The position numbers and the translations under genes were made by a program. A DNA stretch of 64,000 nucleotides from the human T2T-CHM13v2.0 reference genome, Homo sapiens: NCBI RefSeq assembly GCF_009914755.1, contig NC_060947.1; one strand, 5' to 3'. The notes under the pieces were generated by a model. It was not told the origin of the DNA and searched no databases. It worked only from the letters and a program-made list of their open reading frames with translations. Below are positions 30,300-43,700 of the stretch, piece by piece. Each line of letters starts with the position of its first letter. The first letter of the stretch is position 1.

Positions 30300-30796
30300 T
30301 GTTCATGGTAGGGAGTTTCTCGTTGCTTTATTTGCTCACAGTGGTTCCTTTCATCTCCACCCTTGTTGTTACTGACTCACTGTAGGCACAATATGTTTTA
30401 CTACCCCATTGATTTGTGGTTTGGTCATGTGATTCTGGCTGATGGAACGTTGGAATGTGAGTGGACATAATGGCCTGATAATTCTTGGCCAGAGCCTGAA
30501 GAAATAACATGATTCCATACATTCCTCTTGGGTTTCTGACTTCTGCCATGAAAAATGCATGTCCCAATTATCCATTGCTCCTTCATCCTGGGTCCAGAGA
30601 TGAAGAATGGAGCAAACCTGGACCTGACCTGAAACCTAGAGCCCAGTCTAGGTGAGATGAACCCAGCTGAGATCAGCCAAACTCCAGCTAACTCACAGAC
30701 CCGTGTATGTAAAAAAAAATATAAATGTTTTAAACTACTGAGATTTTGAAATAGTTTGTAATACAACATTGTTACAGCAGAAACACGACTAATACA
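30300..30796 (+). mobile_element. MLT1 (J/K-like) solo LTR
   Basis: 3' end 'taaactactgagattttgaaatagtttgt..cagcagaaacacgactaataca'. The 5' edge is approximate. Confidence 0.75.
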
Positions 30797-33700
30797 AACC
30801 ATATCTTGGCGCTTTTGTAGCCATAAAAGCTAGCTAAATACCTAGCAAAAGGTGGATACTTCATAAATAGTTGCTGAATTAGTGAAGAAAAGTCTTTACA
30901 AAGGCTGGACTGATTATATCCTTGTACCTACTTCAATTATGTTTCAGTTATTAGAGCAAGATACCTGGGGGAGTCAAATAAGCCATTTATGGACCATTTT
31001 CTTTACTTCCAAACCAAGGCAGATGTCTCATAATATGTATCCTTCAACCCACAGAGTTGAAACTCTAGCCATAGGAAAAAATAATGACTTAATGCACAGC
31101 CACCCCACTCCAAAAGCACCCACCCCAAAAGCACTGTGCACGCCTTGTTGTTGGCAGTTCAGAAGGACTATCTCTGATTGTGGAGGTCAACTCTGAATAA
31201 AGCAAACAATCTTCCCTGTTACATTGTTGCAGTATGTGTTTTCAGATTAGCTCTTAGGACCCCACTGGTTTGGAGTTTGGATACCAAGTGTTCTGGAGGA
31301 GATGGAAATGGTGTGTATTGGGGTTGGTAAGAAGCAGAGAGAGGCAGCAGAAATGAAGAGGTGGCTTAAAAGGGGTGGAAACTTAAAAAATTGTCAGGGG
31401 TTGGAAGGAGGAATTACATACCAGAATATGAGTGCCCATTGAGGATACTGTAAGCCAGGTGGTCTGGAGAGTGGAAAGGAAGATAAGGTTTTACAATAAG
31501 AAAGAGTGATGCAGGCAAGCAGGTGGACTTCTTGCTGAAAAATGGAGGCCTTAGATGATTATATTAGATCAAACTAGCATGAGTATCTTGAACGAAATGT
31601 CACTTAGTAATTTCAGGCATTTTGCTGAGGCTTTGGTGACCCAAAGAATAATTTACTTTTAGGGAAAAACAACATATTCTTGTTTTAAAACACTGTTCTT
31701 AGTAATAGTCCTTGAAAATAAAAGAAACTTTAAGCATCTGTTTTTGAATGGTGCTCTAATCTCAGGGAAAAGTCCTGCTTTCCAAAGTTTAAATAGGATT
31801 TGGAATTCAGACAAAGTGTGATTAATTTTCTTGCTGGGATAGAGCTTGGAATTACATCTTATTAGCCCTTTGATTGTTTTAAAAATATCTACACCATATT
31901 ATTTTCTTCTTATATCTTTGAAACTAAGAAACAAGGATAGAAAAATTGTGTCCAGATTAATAGAAGATATTATCTTGATTGTAGGATTTCTAAAATGAAA
32001 TAACACCCACCAGTCACAAGCAGGTTCTTTTAAGATATTTTTTTTTCGCTTTGTTTAAACAATCACAGGATTTGAACAGTTATTTTTGTCTGAAGAATAA
32101 TTTTATTGTGACTTACTGGACTTAGTAATGGATCATGAAAAAAGTGTTTATTAATGAGATTTTAATACTTTGGTATTTCTAATCAATAATGCTTAAAATA
32201 CAAGAAAGGAATCAGATGTTACTTATCTTGGGCCAAGTTATTTCTTGAAAAGGCAATTAGTGATGTTTTGTTGTGTACATTTTGATCAGAGTATGAAATC
32301 TTAATGGCTCAGGGGTAAATAGTGGTTAACCAGTGGTTTTGAACATTGTTTAAGAGAGAGTTAGTATCTAGGATCTGTTTCCAATCAATTCTATTGTTTC
32401 AGTTTGAAGAAACAGCAGACGGCTTTGGTCAACAATTTCACTGATACTCTTATTTAACAACTTTGTATCAAAGTGACAAACCGGGTTTGACTGGCTTTGT
32501 TGTTGTTTTCCTTCTTTTCTCCTTCCTTTTCTTTCCTTTCTTCTTTTTAATTCCGGACGTTATGTATACATAAATTTGAGTCTTTACCTTAAATTGTTCC
32601 TAAACTTCTTACCAGTTGGTCTCCCAAACCTCACCCCTGTACTTGCTTTCTGATAACCTATTTTAACCTTAATTTTGATTCTAAAGAGAATGTATTTTAT
32701 TAACATGTCTTCCAAAAATCAAATATATATGTTCCTTTCTATCTTATTAAACAGAATAAAGACTTCAGATACAATTGTAGGTGTCTACCATCTTTAAATA
32801 GGCCAAGCACACAAAAAGACAGGTTTACAAAATCAGTGAGTAAATATTTGCTTTTAGCTGGAGATGGTATCATTTTTTTTTAAGTTTGCAAGTAAGAAAT
32901 TTGAAATGCAGAGAAGATAAGTGATTTGCCTAAGATCTGGTAAGAAATTAATGAACTCTTGACCCCAGTCTCTTTTTACATTTTATGATTTGAGTAGCAA
33001 AATTATATTTACATGCAACTCTCAGGGAAGTATGTTGCCCAATGTGAAATACTACTGATTACAAATGCAACATAGAGAATATGGATCTGAGGCCTGAGTA
33101 CAAAAAAGAAAGATTTCCAGAATCTTCTTTCCCCCCAACCTAGTATTTCTCAACTGTATTTGTAGTCATTATTGCTTCAGTATAATGCTCTCTGTCTTTG
33201 TAGAAGAATATTGTTAGTCAGCTGTGAGAAGGCCAAAAGAAGCTATAGATGGCCAAATATCTGACTGCTTTTTGGATACTATTGATTGGGCATGGTCCAT
33301 TATCTAAGAATAAGGATATCATTCTCTTCCTCCTTGACCATTCCCCTCCATTGTCCCAAGTCCTAAGACACTTTATTACTTTATTTTAAAATTTAACATG
33401 CACAGTTAGTTGAGAGTGTTCCTTCTGGCCTTTAATCTGGGAATGGTGTCCAAAGTGAATTGAAAGCAAAAGGAATTCTAGCTAAGAGCATTGGGCAGAT
33501 GTTTCATGTTTATGTCTCTGATAGCATAAGCTTTGACCTTGGGTCTGTTCTTTTTAAATAAGTGAACATACTCAGTCACTACATCAAGTTTTTGGTATAT
33601 AATAGTAATAATGATGCTAGCCTTGGGAGAAATGTAAATTTAGACCTGCTATGATTTTTTTTTATGTTTTGTGGGATGAGTATACTTGAATTACCTTTTA

Positions 33701-34378
33701 CTATGTAACAATTTCTTTATATATCCATGACAGCTAAAACAAGCTATTTGGTTAGTCTGTGTGTATATATGTTTTTGCATGTGAAAAGAACTCCATGTAA
33801 CTACGTTTCAGGAATGAGAAATTTAATAATCTAATGTTGACATTGTGTGCTTGATTTATCTGTTAGAGCCATTTTTCTTTTTCACTGTATTTTTAGTTAC
33901 ACTATCATCTAAATAAAATTAAAATGCTGTTTGATTTAGTTGTGTATGTCCTTTAATGGATTTTAAGAGCAATGTGCTAATAATGGACTGGCTTGTACTC
34001 TGGGAAGAAATGAAAGAAAATGCAATATAATTACAAAGAAGTTTTGTCTGTTCAGATTGATCCTTAGTCCATACCTGATAACCTTTCCTCTTTGCTTTCC
34101 TCATGTGTGTATGTGAGAGGCGTTGGGTTTGTAAGGGGTTGTGAGGATGCATGTGTTGTCGGGGAATATATTTTGCAGTGGGGTGAGTGGTTCACAAAGA
34201 GGGGGAGCTTCTAGATCTTTAAGATGTCCTCACTTTGCCTGTTTTACTGGCTTCTCAATGACACCAGCCCTGCTGATACTCTACGCATGTTTTAAGAGCT
34301 GCTTCTTCAGATAGGAAGGGTCAGAACTATCTCCTTTGTCAGAAAGTGAGCCTTTGTTTTGGTTTGTTAGTGTCATTA

Positions 34379-34711
34379 CAGTCGGTCCTCTATATCCATG
34401 GGTTCTGCATCCATGGATTCAACCAACTACAGATCGAAATATCTGAGGAAAAAAAATTTAAAATTACACAACAATAAAAATAAAGAAAGAAACAACGCAG
34501 TATAACAACTATATAGCATTTACATTATATTAGATATTAAAAGTAATCTAGAGATGATTTAAATTATATGGGAGGATGTACATAGGGTATAGGCAAATCG
34601 TATGACATTTTATATAAGGGACTTGAGCATCTGTGGATTTTGGTATGAGGTGGGTGGAGGGTGAAAGTCGTGGTCCTGGAACCAATCTTCATGAATACTG
34701 AGGGATGACTA
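34379..34711. mobile_element. MER2-like (TcMar-Tigger) element
   Basis: Inverted termini cagtcggtcctctatatccatg ... catgaatactgagggatgact, with TA on the left flank. Confidence 0.85.
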
Positions 34712-35311
34712 ACTTGAACCTCAGTGTCCAGAAGAAATTTTGTTATTTGCTTTAGATTTCCTGGCTTGGAAGAGGAAGTATCTTCTCTTTGAATTCAGGG
34801 CCCTTTGAGGATGTTCATTTCAGTCTTTACTTACCTATTTGACTTTACAGGCCAATAGGTCCAAGCCTGGAGCAGTTTTGCAACTGGCAGAAATGCTGGG
34901 GATATGGGTTTTCTTCATATTTATGGCCATTGAGAAATTTTATCAAATGTATGATATACATATTATGTATGTGTATATATTATTTTGAAATAATAACGAT
35001 TCCTCCTGTATGTCACTGTGTAATAGAAGGTTACAATATATATGTTTCTGTTTTAAGTTTCAGCAAAAAGGAGTGAAGGAGAGAAGAGAGAAGAGAAAAA
35101 AGTGCTTTATAGAAATGTACACTAGTATTTGTGGGTTTTAAGATTCTTAATATTCTTGTTAGAAAGTAAAATGGCTTCCCACAGTATGGATCCTTTCAGC
35201 TCTTAGTCTTTCAGGAGTAGCTATATTTAAATTATATTTTCATGTGGCAAGCATTTCATTTTTGCAACCGTGTTTGTTCCTTTTACTATTGCACGTAGAA
35301 TATTTTTTCTT

Positions 35312-35672
<361 letters not shown>

Positions 35673-36543
35673 TTACAGATCATACTGGTGACTGTTCCAG
35701 TTTCCCTCCTAAAAACTGGGATTAGTCAGTGCCCTTATAGAAATCAACATCTGAGAACCTGAAGTTGATGCTGGATGTGGAATCTATATGAGAGAGGGAA
35801 TTAACATATATCAACCCTTAAACATCCCCTTCCCCAACCCATTCCCAATAAAATATCAACCCTTTCCAAATGCAGATTTTCAAATCTTGATGTGATTAAT
35901 GGAAATAGGCAGTCTGCTTTACAGCATGTTCCTCTGGTGGAGGGAGGCTGACTCGTGTCAGTTCAACAATAAAAATAGGGAGCACTAATATCCACAGAGT
36001 TTTTACAGAACGTGCCCCCATGTTGTCACCCTTTTCTTCCCTCTGTTGCTTTTAAATCAACCGATGTGCTCTCTCCTGGCCCTTCCCAGAAATTGTTTTT
36101 GCGTTGAATAGGCAGATGGTGGGTTGAGCTTTGAGAGACCAAAAAGGTCACATTTGTACTTCAGCAATTTTCTCTAGCTTTGTAGTGCAGATGACGGTTT
36201 ATGAGTTAATATCTAGTAAACCTTCACTTACTGCAGTCGGATCTTAATTTTTAGTGTAGTTTAATACTTTTTTTTTTTAAAGAATTGTCCTTTTCTTGAT
36301 TTCTCACGGTATTTGACCTCTTGCCTGACTGCAGCCATTCACCTTCACCCCATCTGCATATTCTGACCAATTTATAAATGGGAAGGAGGTCACACCATAC
36401 CCAACCCAAATAAAGCAACTGGATTGAGTTGTGATAATTTTGCTAAGAAATGTGAGACAGGTATTGAAATGGGGAGAAATGGTTCTTGGCTAATCTCCAC
36501 GCCTCTTGAACATGTTCAAAGCTATTCCCAAAAGAAATTATGA

Positions 36544-36971
<428 letters not shown>

Positions 36972-37196
36972 TCTCTTATATTGTTACATATATTTCTTTT
37001 TTCCATTTATATTTCTGGAGAAGTCAGATAATTTAGGCAGGATTATCTAAGGAAGTTGACCAAAAAGACACCCACAGTGCCAGAGTGAGTCTCTTTTTTA
37101 TTCCTACCCGCTCAAATATTAGAAACTAGTAAACTACCCGTAGGTAATTTTACCCCTAGGAGGTATACCAAACATCATCTCTTTCTCCAAGACCTC

Positions 37197-37538
37197 TTTT
37201 TTTTTTTTTTTTTTCCTGGTGAAACAGAGTTTCATTCTGTCACCTAAGCTGGAGTGCAATGGCACAATCTCAGCTTACTGCAGCCTCTACCTCCTAGGCT
37301 CAAGTAATGCCCCCACCTCAGCCTCCTAAGTAGCTGAGACTATAGGCATAAGCCATCACGCGTGGCTTTTTTTTTTTGTAGAGGTAGGTTTCATCATCTC
37401 TACAAAAGGGATCACTTGAGCTCAGGAGTTCAAGACCAGCCAGGGGAACCCTGATCTCAAATTCCTGAACTCAAGCAATCTTCCCTCCTTGGCCTCCCAA
37501 AGTGCTGGAATTATAGGCATGAGCCACTGCACCCAGCC
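37197..37538 (-). mobile_element. AluJ with an internal inverted insertion
   Basis: T-tail and TSD tccaagacctc (37186-96) / tccgagacctc (37539-49). Plus-orientation Alu patches at 37395-37449. Confidence 0.9.
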
Positions 37539-37714
37539 TCCGAGACCTCATTTCTGAGATCTCATTCTATAAGTTATTCCCACTATAAGTGATTTCAGTC
37601 TCCATTACATCCTTTGTCCTATCCTGAAAGTATGCTTGAATAGCTTTGATTAAAAATGAAATCTTCTCTTGGTGCTGGATTTTCAGATAAATAGTATACT
37701 ATCTGTCTTTTTCA

Positions 37715-37968
37715 GTATAGTATAGTGGTTATAAGCTCAAACTTTGAAGCCAGATATCTTAGTTTGAATTCCAGCCATTCTAATGACAAACTGTGTGAAC
37801 TTGGGTAAGTTACTTAATCTTTCTGTGCCTCGGTTTCCTCATTTGTAAAATGGGGGTAATAGTTGTACCTATCTCAGTGTTATTGAAGGATTAAATGAGT
37901 AAATAGATGTAAAGCACAGAGAAGTATGTGGCACTCAGTAGCTCTATTTAAGTATGTGTTATTATTAT
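37715..37968 (+). mobile_element. MIR, near full length
   Basis: Core 'cttgggtaagttacttaatctttctgtgcctcggtttcctcatttgtaaaatgggg'. Confidence 0.9.
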
Positions 37969-37984
37969 GTCCTTAGAGATAAAC

Positions 37985-38205
37985 TTCACTATTCCAATTC
38001 ATATTTGTCCACAGCACTTAACCACATTCCAACATACTATATGATTTATTTATTAACTTATTAGCTTTGTTTTCTACTATCTTTATCTTCCTCTGCTACT
38101 TTATAAGCTCTATGAGAACAGAAATTTTTATTATTTTGTTCATTGCTGTATATCCTCAGTGCCTAGCACGTAGTAAGTGCTCAATAAATATTTGTTGAAT
38201 GAATG
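37985..38205 (+). mobile_element. L2a 3' end
   Basis: Tail 'gtgcctagcacgtagtaagtgctcaataaatatttgttgaatgaatg'. Confidence 0.8.
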
Positions 38206-38679
38206 CATTGTAATCTGGATTTTTCTCTCACCAGTCTATGGGAATTGCTCTGGCAGAGGTCACCACAACTACAAAACATCTTAATCTCTCTCTCCCTTCC
38301 TCACAATATCTAATCAATGATGACATCCGGTTAATTGTATTGGGAAGTATCTCTCAAATCCATCTCTGTCCTGCCAGTTTCACTGCCACTACTTTGTCTT
38401 GTCCTGGCCATCACCTGTTTCTTTAGTCTTGCAATAGACCCCAATAAATTTTTCTTTATTCATTTTTGCTTTCTTTCAATCCACTCTCCATATAGCAGCT
38501 AAAGAAAGTTGTAAAAAATATAATTCAGATGATACCATGCTTTTTCTATAAACCTTTTATTAGCTTTTTGTTGTCCTATAGAGTAAAATCAAAGATCATT
38601 CCATGGTCTAAATGAAACTGTAAAATCTAGTTCTTTACAGAATGAAACTGTAAAATCTGGTTCTGTTTAATTTCAAAAT

Positions 38680-39185
38680 ACCATATAATACAGCAATTCC
38701 ACTTCTAGGTATGTACCCAAGAGATTGAAACATATGTCTACACAAAAACTTGTACACAGTATTCATGGAAGCATTATTAATAATAGACAAAAGAGGAAAC
38801 AACCAAAATGTCCATCAACTGATAAATGTGTAAACAAATGTGGTATATCCATAATATATCCACTAGAATATTATTCATCAATAAGAAAGAATGCAGTATT
38901 GACACATGCTACAGTAAATCTCACAAACATTATGCCTTGTGAAAGGAGCCAGACACAAAAGGCCACACATCATATAATTCAATTTTTGTGAAATATCCAT
39001 AATAGGAGATACCATAGAGACAAAAATAGAATTAGTGGTCTTCAGGGCTTGAGAGGAAGGGAAGTGGCTACTAATGGGTATAAGATTTTTTGGGGGGAGT
39101 AAGAAAAAATGTTCTGGAATAAAATAGTGTTGATGGTTGCAAAACTTTATGAATGTACTAAAAAACACCACATTTTATACTTTAT
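38680..39185 (+). mobile_element. L1MB-like 3' end
   Basis: 'cagcaattccacttctaggtatgtacccaagagattgaaacatatgtctacacaaaaac' followed by an L1MB-type 3'UTR. Confidence 0.8.
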
Positions 39186-39511
39186 TATTTAGGTATTTAG
39201 TGTTTATTTATTTTTGGGACAGAGTCTTGCTCTGTTGCCTAGGCTGGAGGGCAGTGGTACCATCTCAGCTCACTGCATCTTCCACCTCCTGGGTTAAAGT
39301 GATTCTCATACTTCAGCCTCCCAAGTAACTGGGACTACAGGTGCCCACCACCATGCTTGACTACTTTTTGTATATATATATATATTTTTTTTGTGGAGAC
39401 GGTGTTTCTCCATGTTGGCCAGGCTGGTTTTGAACTCCTGGCCTCAAGTGATCTGCCCACTTTCGTTTCCCAAAGTGCTGGGATTACAGGTGTGAGCCAC
39501 CACACCCAGCC
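39186..39511 (-). mobile_element. Alu (J/S)
   Basis: Full dimer with a (TA)n-expanded linker. Confidence 0.92.
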
Positions 39512-39754
39512 AATTTTTATGTTTTAAAAGCATGTTTTAAAGGCTATTTAAGTCATATCTCAGTTTAAAAATTCTAGACCTTTCCTACCCTCCAATGTCA
39601 TCTCTTGACACTTTCTCGCTCACTTGCTATGCTACAGATACAATGGTCTTCTCTTAGTTTCTCAAACACCTCATGTTCTCTTTTATCTCAGGACTTTGAC
39701 TACTACTTTTATATGCTATTCTGCGTGTTATAACACTCCATTATTGTCTGATTG

Positions 39755-40736
39755 TGTAACGGCCCAATGGGTTCACCTGTCCCGCTGCCTAGACAGAACC
39801 AATTTATCAAGACAGAGGATAAATTGCAATGGAGAAAGGGTAATTCACACAGAGCCAGCTGTGCGGGAGACCGGAGTTTTATCATTACTCAAATCAGTCT
39901 CCTCGAGCATTCGTTCGGGGATCAGAGTTTTAAAGATAATTTGGCGGGTAGGAGCTTGGGAAGTGGGGAGTGCTGATTGGTCAGGTTGGAGATGGAATCA
40001 GGGGGTCGAAGTTAGGTTTTCTTTTTTTTTTTTTTTTTTTTTTTTTTTTGAGACGGAGTCTCGCTCTGCCGAGTAGCTGGAACTACAGGCGCCTGCCACC
40101 ACACCCGGCTAATTTTTTTGTATTTTTAGTATTTTTAGTAGAGACGGTTTCACCATGTTAGGCAGGATGGTCTGGATCTCCTGACCTCGTGATCCACCCG
40201 CCTTGGCCTCCCAAAGTGCTGGGATTACAGGCGTGAGCCACCGTGACCTGCCACTGAAGTTAGGTTTTCTTAATGTCGTCTATTCCTGGGTGCGATGGAA
40301 GAACTGATTGGGTTAGATTACTGGTCTGGGTGGTGTCAGCTGATCCAAGGAGTGCAGGGTCTGCAAAATATCTTAAGCACTGATCTTAGGTTTTACAATA
40401 CTGATGTTATCCCCAGGAGCAATTTGGGGAGGTTCAGGCTCTTGAAGCCTGGGGCTGCATGACCCCTAAATTGTAATTTCTTATCTTGTAGCTAATTTGT
40501 TTATCCTGCAAAGACAGACTGGACCCCAGGCAAGAAAAGGGGGTCTTTTCGGGAAAGGGCTGTTAATTTTGTTTCAGAGTCAAACCATGAACTTAGTTCT
40601 TTCCCAAAGTCAGTTCGGCCTATGCCCAGGAATGAACAAGGGCAGCTTAAGGGTTAGAAGCGAGATAGAGTCAGTTAGGTCTGATTCCTTTCACTGTCAT
40701 GATTTCCTCAGTTATAATTTTGCAAAGGTGGTTTCA
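39755..40736 (-). mobile_element. LTR8 solo LTR (ERV1), containing an Alu
   Basis: Reverse complement begins tgaaaccacctttgcaaaattataactgagg; 4-bp TSD attg (39751-54, 40737-40). Confidence 0.88.
40023..40252 (-). mobile_element. AluY-like with an internal deletion in the right arm
   Basis: Perfect TSD gaagttaggttttct (40008-22, 40256-70). The junction tctcgctctgcc|gagtagctgg skips most of the right arm. Confidence 0.92.
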
Positions 40737-43700
40737 ATTGTGTGCCCCTCAAATTCAAATGTTAAAACTTAATTGCCAATGTGATAGTATCAAGAGTGGC
40801 GCCTTTAGGAGGTGATTAATTTATCAGGGTGGAATTCTCATGAATGGCCTTAGTGACTTCATGAAAGAGGCCAAAGACACTGCCCTGGTCCCTTTCATTT
40901 CTTCTGCCATGTGAAGTTGCAGTGAGAGGCATCATTTTTGAAGAGAGAACTAATCAGATACTGAACCTGCCAGTGCCTTGATCTTGAACTTCCTAGCCTT
41001 TGTAGTTGTGAGAAATAAATTTATTTATAAATTATACAGTCAGACATATTTTGTTATAGCAGCAGGCATGGACTAAGACAGAAATTGATACCAAAAAGCC
41101 GGGTGTTACTATAATAAATACCTAAAAATGTGAAAATGGCTTTGCAGCTGGGTAATAGAGGCTTGTAAAGGGCTATTCTAGTGACAGCTCAGAAGAAGAT
41201 AAAGTAGGCTTAATCTTAGAGAATACTTAAGTGGTCATGACAGAATGCTGGTAGAAATATGGACAGTAAAGACAATTTTAATGAGGTCTCATATGGAGAT
41301 GAAGAACAAAGTATTGGAAACAGGAGGAAGAGCCATTCTTGTTGAAAATTGACAAAGAACTTGGCTGAATTGCATCCATGTACTGGTATATTGTAGAAGG
41401 TAGTACTTAAGAGCTATGAACTAGGATATTTGGCAGAAGAAATTTCTAAGCAAAGTATTCGGAATGCTGCGTGGCTTCTCTGGACTGCTTGTAGTAAAAT
41501 GAGAGAAGACAGAAAAAAATCAAAGATGGAATTCATAACCAAAAGGAAAGCAGAACTTGAAAATTTGGAAAATTCTCATTTTAACCATGTAAAGAAATAA
41601 AAACTGTAAGAACACCAGGGGTGTGGCCAAGAGAATGTTTGCTAAGGAGATCAGTATAAATAGAAGAATCCAGATGCCATTAATCAAAACAATGGAAGAA
41701 TGACCCATAAGGCATTTCAGAGATCTTTGAGGCTACCACTTCTGTTAACAAGCCTACAGTTCAAGGGTCTTGAGGGCAGAGCAGTTTTAAGGGAGGGGCC
41801 CAGGGCACCCATGGGACCTCAGGGCTTGCAGCCCTGGGTGGCCTTGTTTCTTCTTTGCTGCATTCTAGAGCATGGTCCTTAGCCACCCCAACTGTGACTC
41901 AGGCATGCTCAGGTGGGGCTTGGGCCACCACTTAAGAGGGCACAAGCAGTTAACCTTGGTGCCATTCATGTGGTGCTTACTGCAGACATGCAGACTGCAT
42001 AAGCTGTGGACACATGGCTGCTTCTACATATATTTCAAAGGATGCCTTGGAAAGCCTCAGGACCCAGGCAGAGAACTGGCCTAGGGTTGGGGCTGCTGCT
42101 GAGAGTCCTCACTAGAAAAGTACCCAATGGAGCTGTGGGATTGGGACTACCACAGAGAACCCCACACCAAAGCCAATACCCAGTGTAGCCATGGGGTCAG
42201 GGCTGCTACAGACAGCTCCCCTGAGGGCAATATCTAGTGAAGCCACGAGGATAGGGATACCCCTAGGCCCCAAGACTGGTAGAGTCACCAGTGTGCAGTT
42301 CCAGCCTTGGGGAGTCTCAAGCATGTGACTTCAACATGTGAAAGCTGCTGTGTGGGCTGAATCCAGCAAAGCCATAGGGGTTAAGGTTTCCAGGAGCCTC
42401 AGGGTACTCACACCAGTGTGTCTGGAAAGTAGGACATGAAGTCAAAGAAGATTACTCTCAAGCCTCAAGATTTAATCTTGTTTGTATTTGAGGATTTAGA
42501 TTTATTTGAGACCTGTTACTCCGTTCCTTTTTCCCATTTCTTCCTTTTGGAATAGGAGTGTTTATCCGATGCCTGTTCCACCATTGTATTTTGGAAACAC
42601 GTACATGATTTGACTCTGCAGGCTCAGAGCTAGAGGACGAATTTTCCTCAGGATGAATAGTACATTTAGTATCATAAATATCTCATTTAGATCATATTTC
42701 GATGAGACTTTGGACTTAGACCTTAAAGTTGATGCTGGAAAAAGTTAAGACTTTTGTGGCTATTGGGAGGAAATTAATGCATTTTTTTATGTGAGCACAT
42801 GAATTTTGGGTGGCCAGGATGTAATGGTATGGTCTGAATTTATGTGTCCTTCCAAAATTCACATATTGGAACTTAAACCCCAAGACGATGCTATTGGGAG
42901 GTGGGGCCTTTGGGGAAGTGATTAATCCATGAGGGCTCCGCTCTCATTAATGTATTAATGCTTTTATGAAAAAGGTTGAAGAGAGTGCCCCAGTACCTTT
43001 TGCCCTTCTACTGGGACACAGTAACAAGGTGCTATTTTGGAAGCAGAGAACAGCCCTCGCCAGACGCTGAATCTGCTGGAGCCTTTATCTTGATTTCTCA
43101 AGTATCCAGACCTGTAAGAAATTCATTTCTGTTCTTTCTAAATTGCTTAATTTAAGGTATTTTGTTACAGCAGCATGAACAGAGAGACACTCATTTCCCA
43201 TCTTCCTTAGCTAACTTGGTATTGTTTATTATTCAGGAGGTGAAACACTAGTTTTTTCTTCTTTCAGAAAGCTATCCTTGACTCTCTTCAAATTATGCTT
43301 ATATTCTATTTTATACATTTCCTACAGAACCCTGTAATTTCTCTATTAAAATTACTTGATAATATCTGTTCTTCAGATTGGCTCAATAGACGATAAGCTC
43401 TATGAGATCAGAGACCAGATCTATCTTTGCTTACTCTCTTCTCCCACCCTCCTACCCTCTCCTTTTTTCAAAACTAACAAACATTTATCAAGGAGATACT
43501 GTTATGCCAGGCCTTGTGCTGGCTGCTAGAAATACAATAATGAGCCAAAAGAAATAATGCCAATGTTTCCATGAAGATTACTATTAAGTAGAACATAACA
43601 AAAAATTAAACAACAAACATATAACAAAATAATTTATTTTATTGATTCTGAAGTGCCCCTTTTTCACATTTTCACATCATCTACGTAATTGGGATGTATT

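Larger units (their letters stand above)
39739..43189 (+). mobile_element. Full-length MST-type MaLR (5'LTR about 39739-41080, split by LTR8; internal region; 3'LTR 42825-43189)
   Basis: Two MST-like LTRs ending gactaagaca / gagagaca, flanking a MaLR internal region similar to the THE1 internal region at 26792-28391. Confidence 0.85.

Noticed and set aside
32402-32460. Acceptor-like ttcag followed by coding-looking sequence
   Set aside because: All three frames hit stops before a plausible donor.
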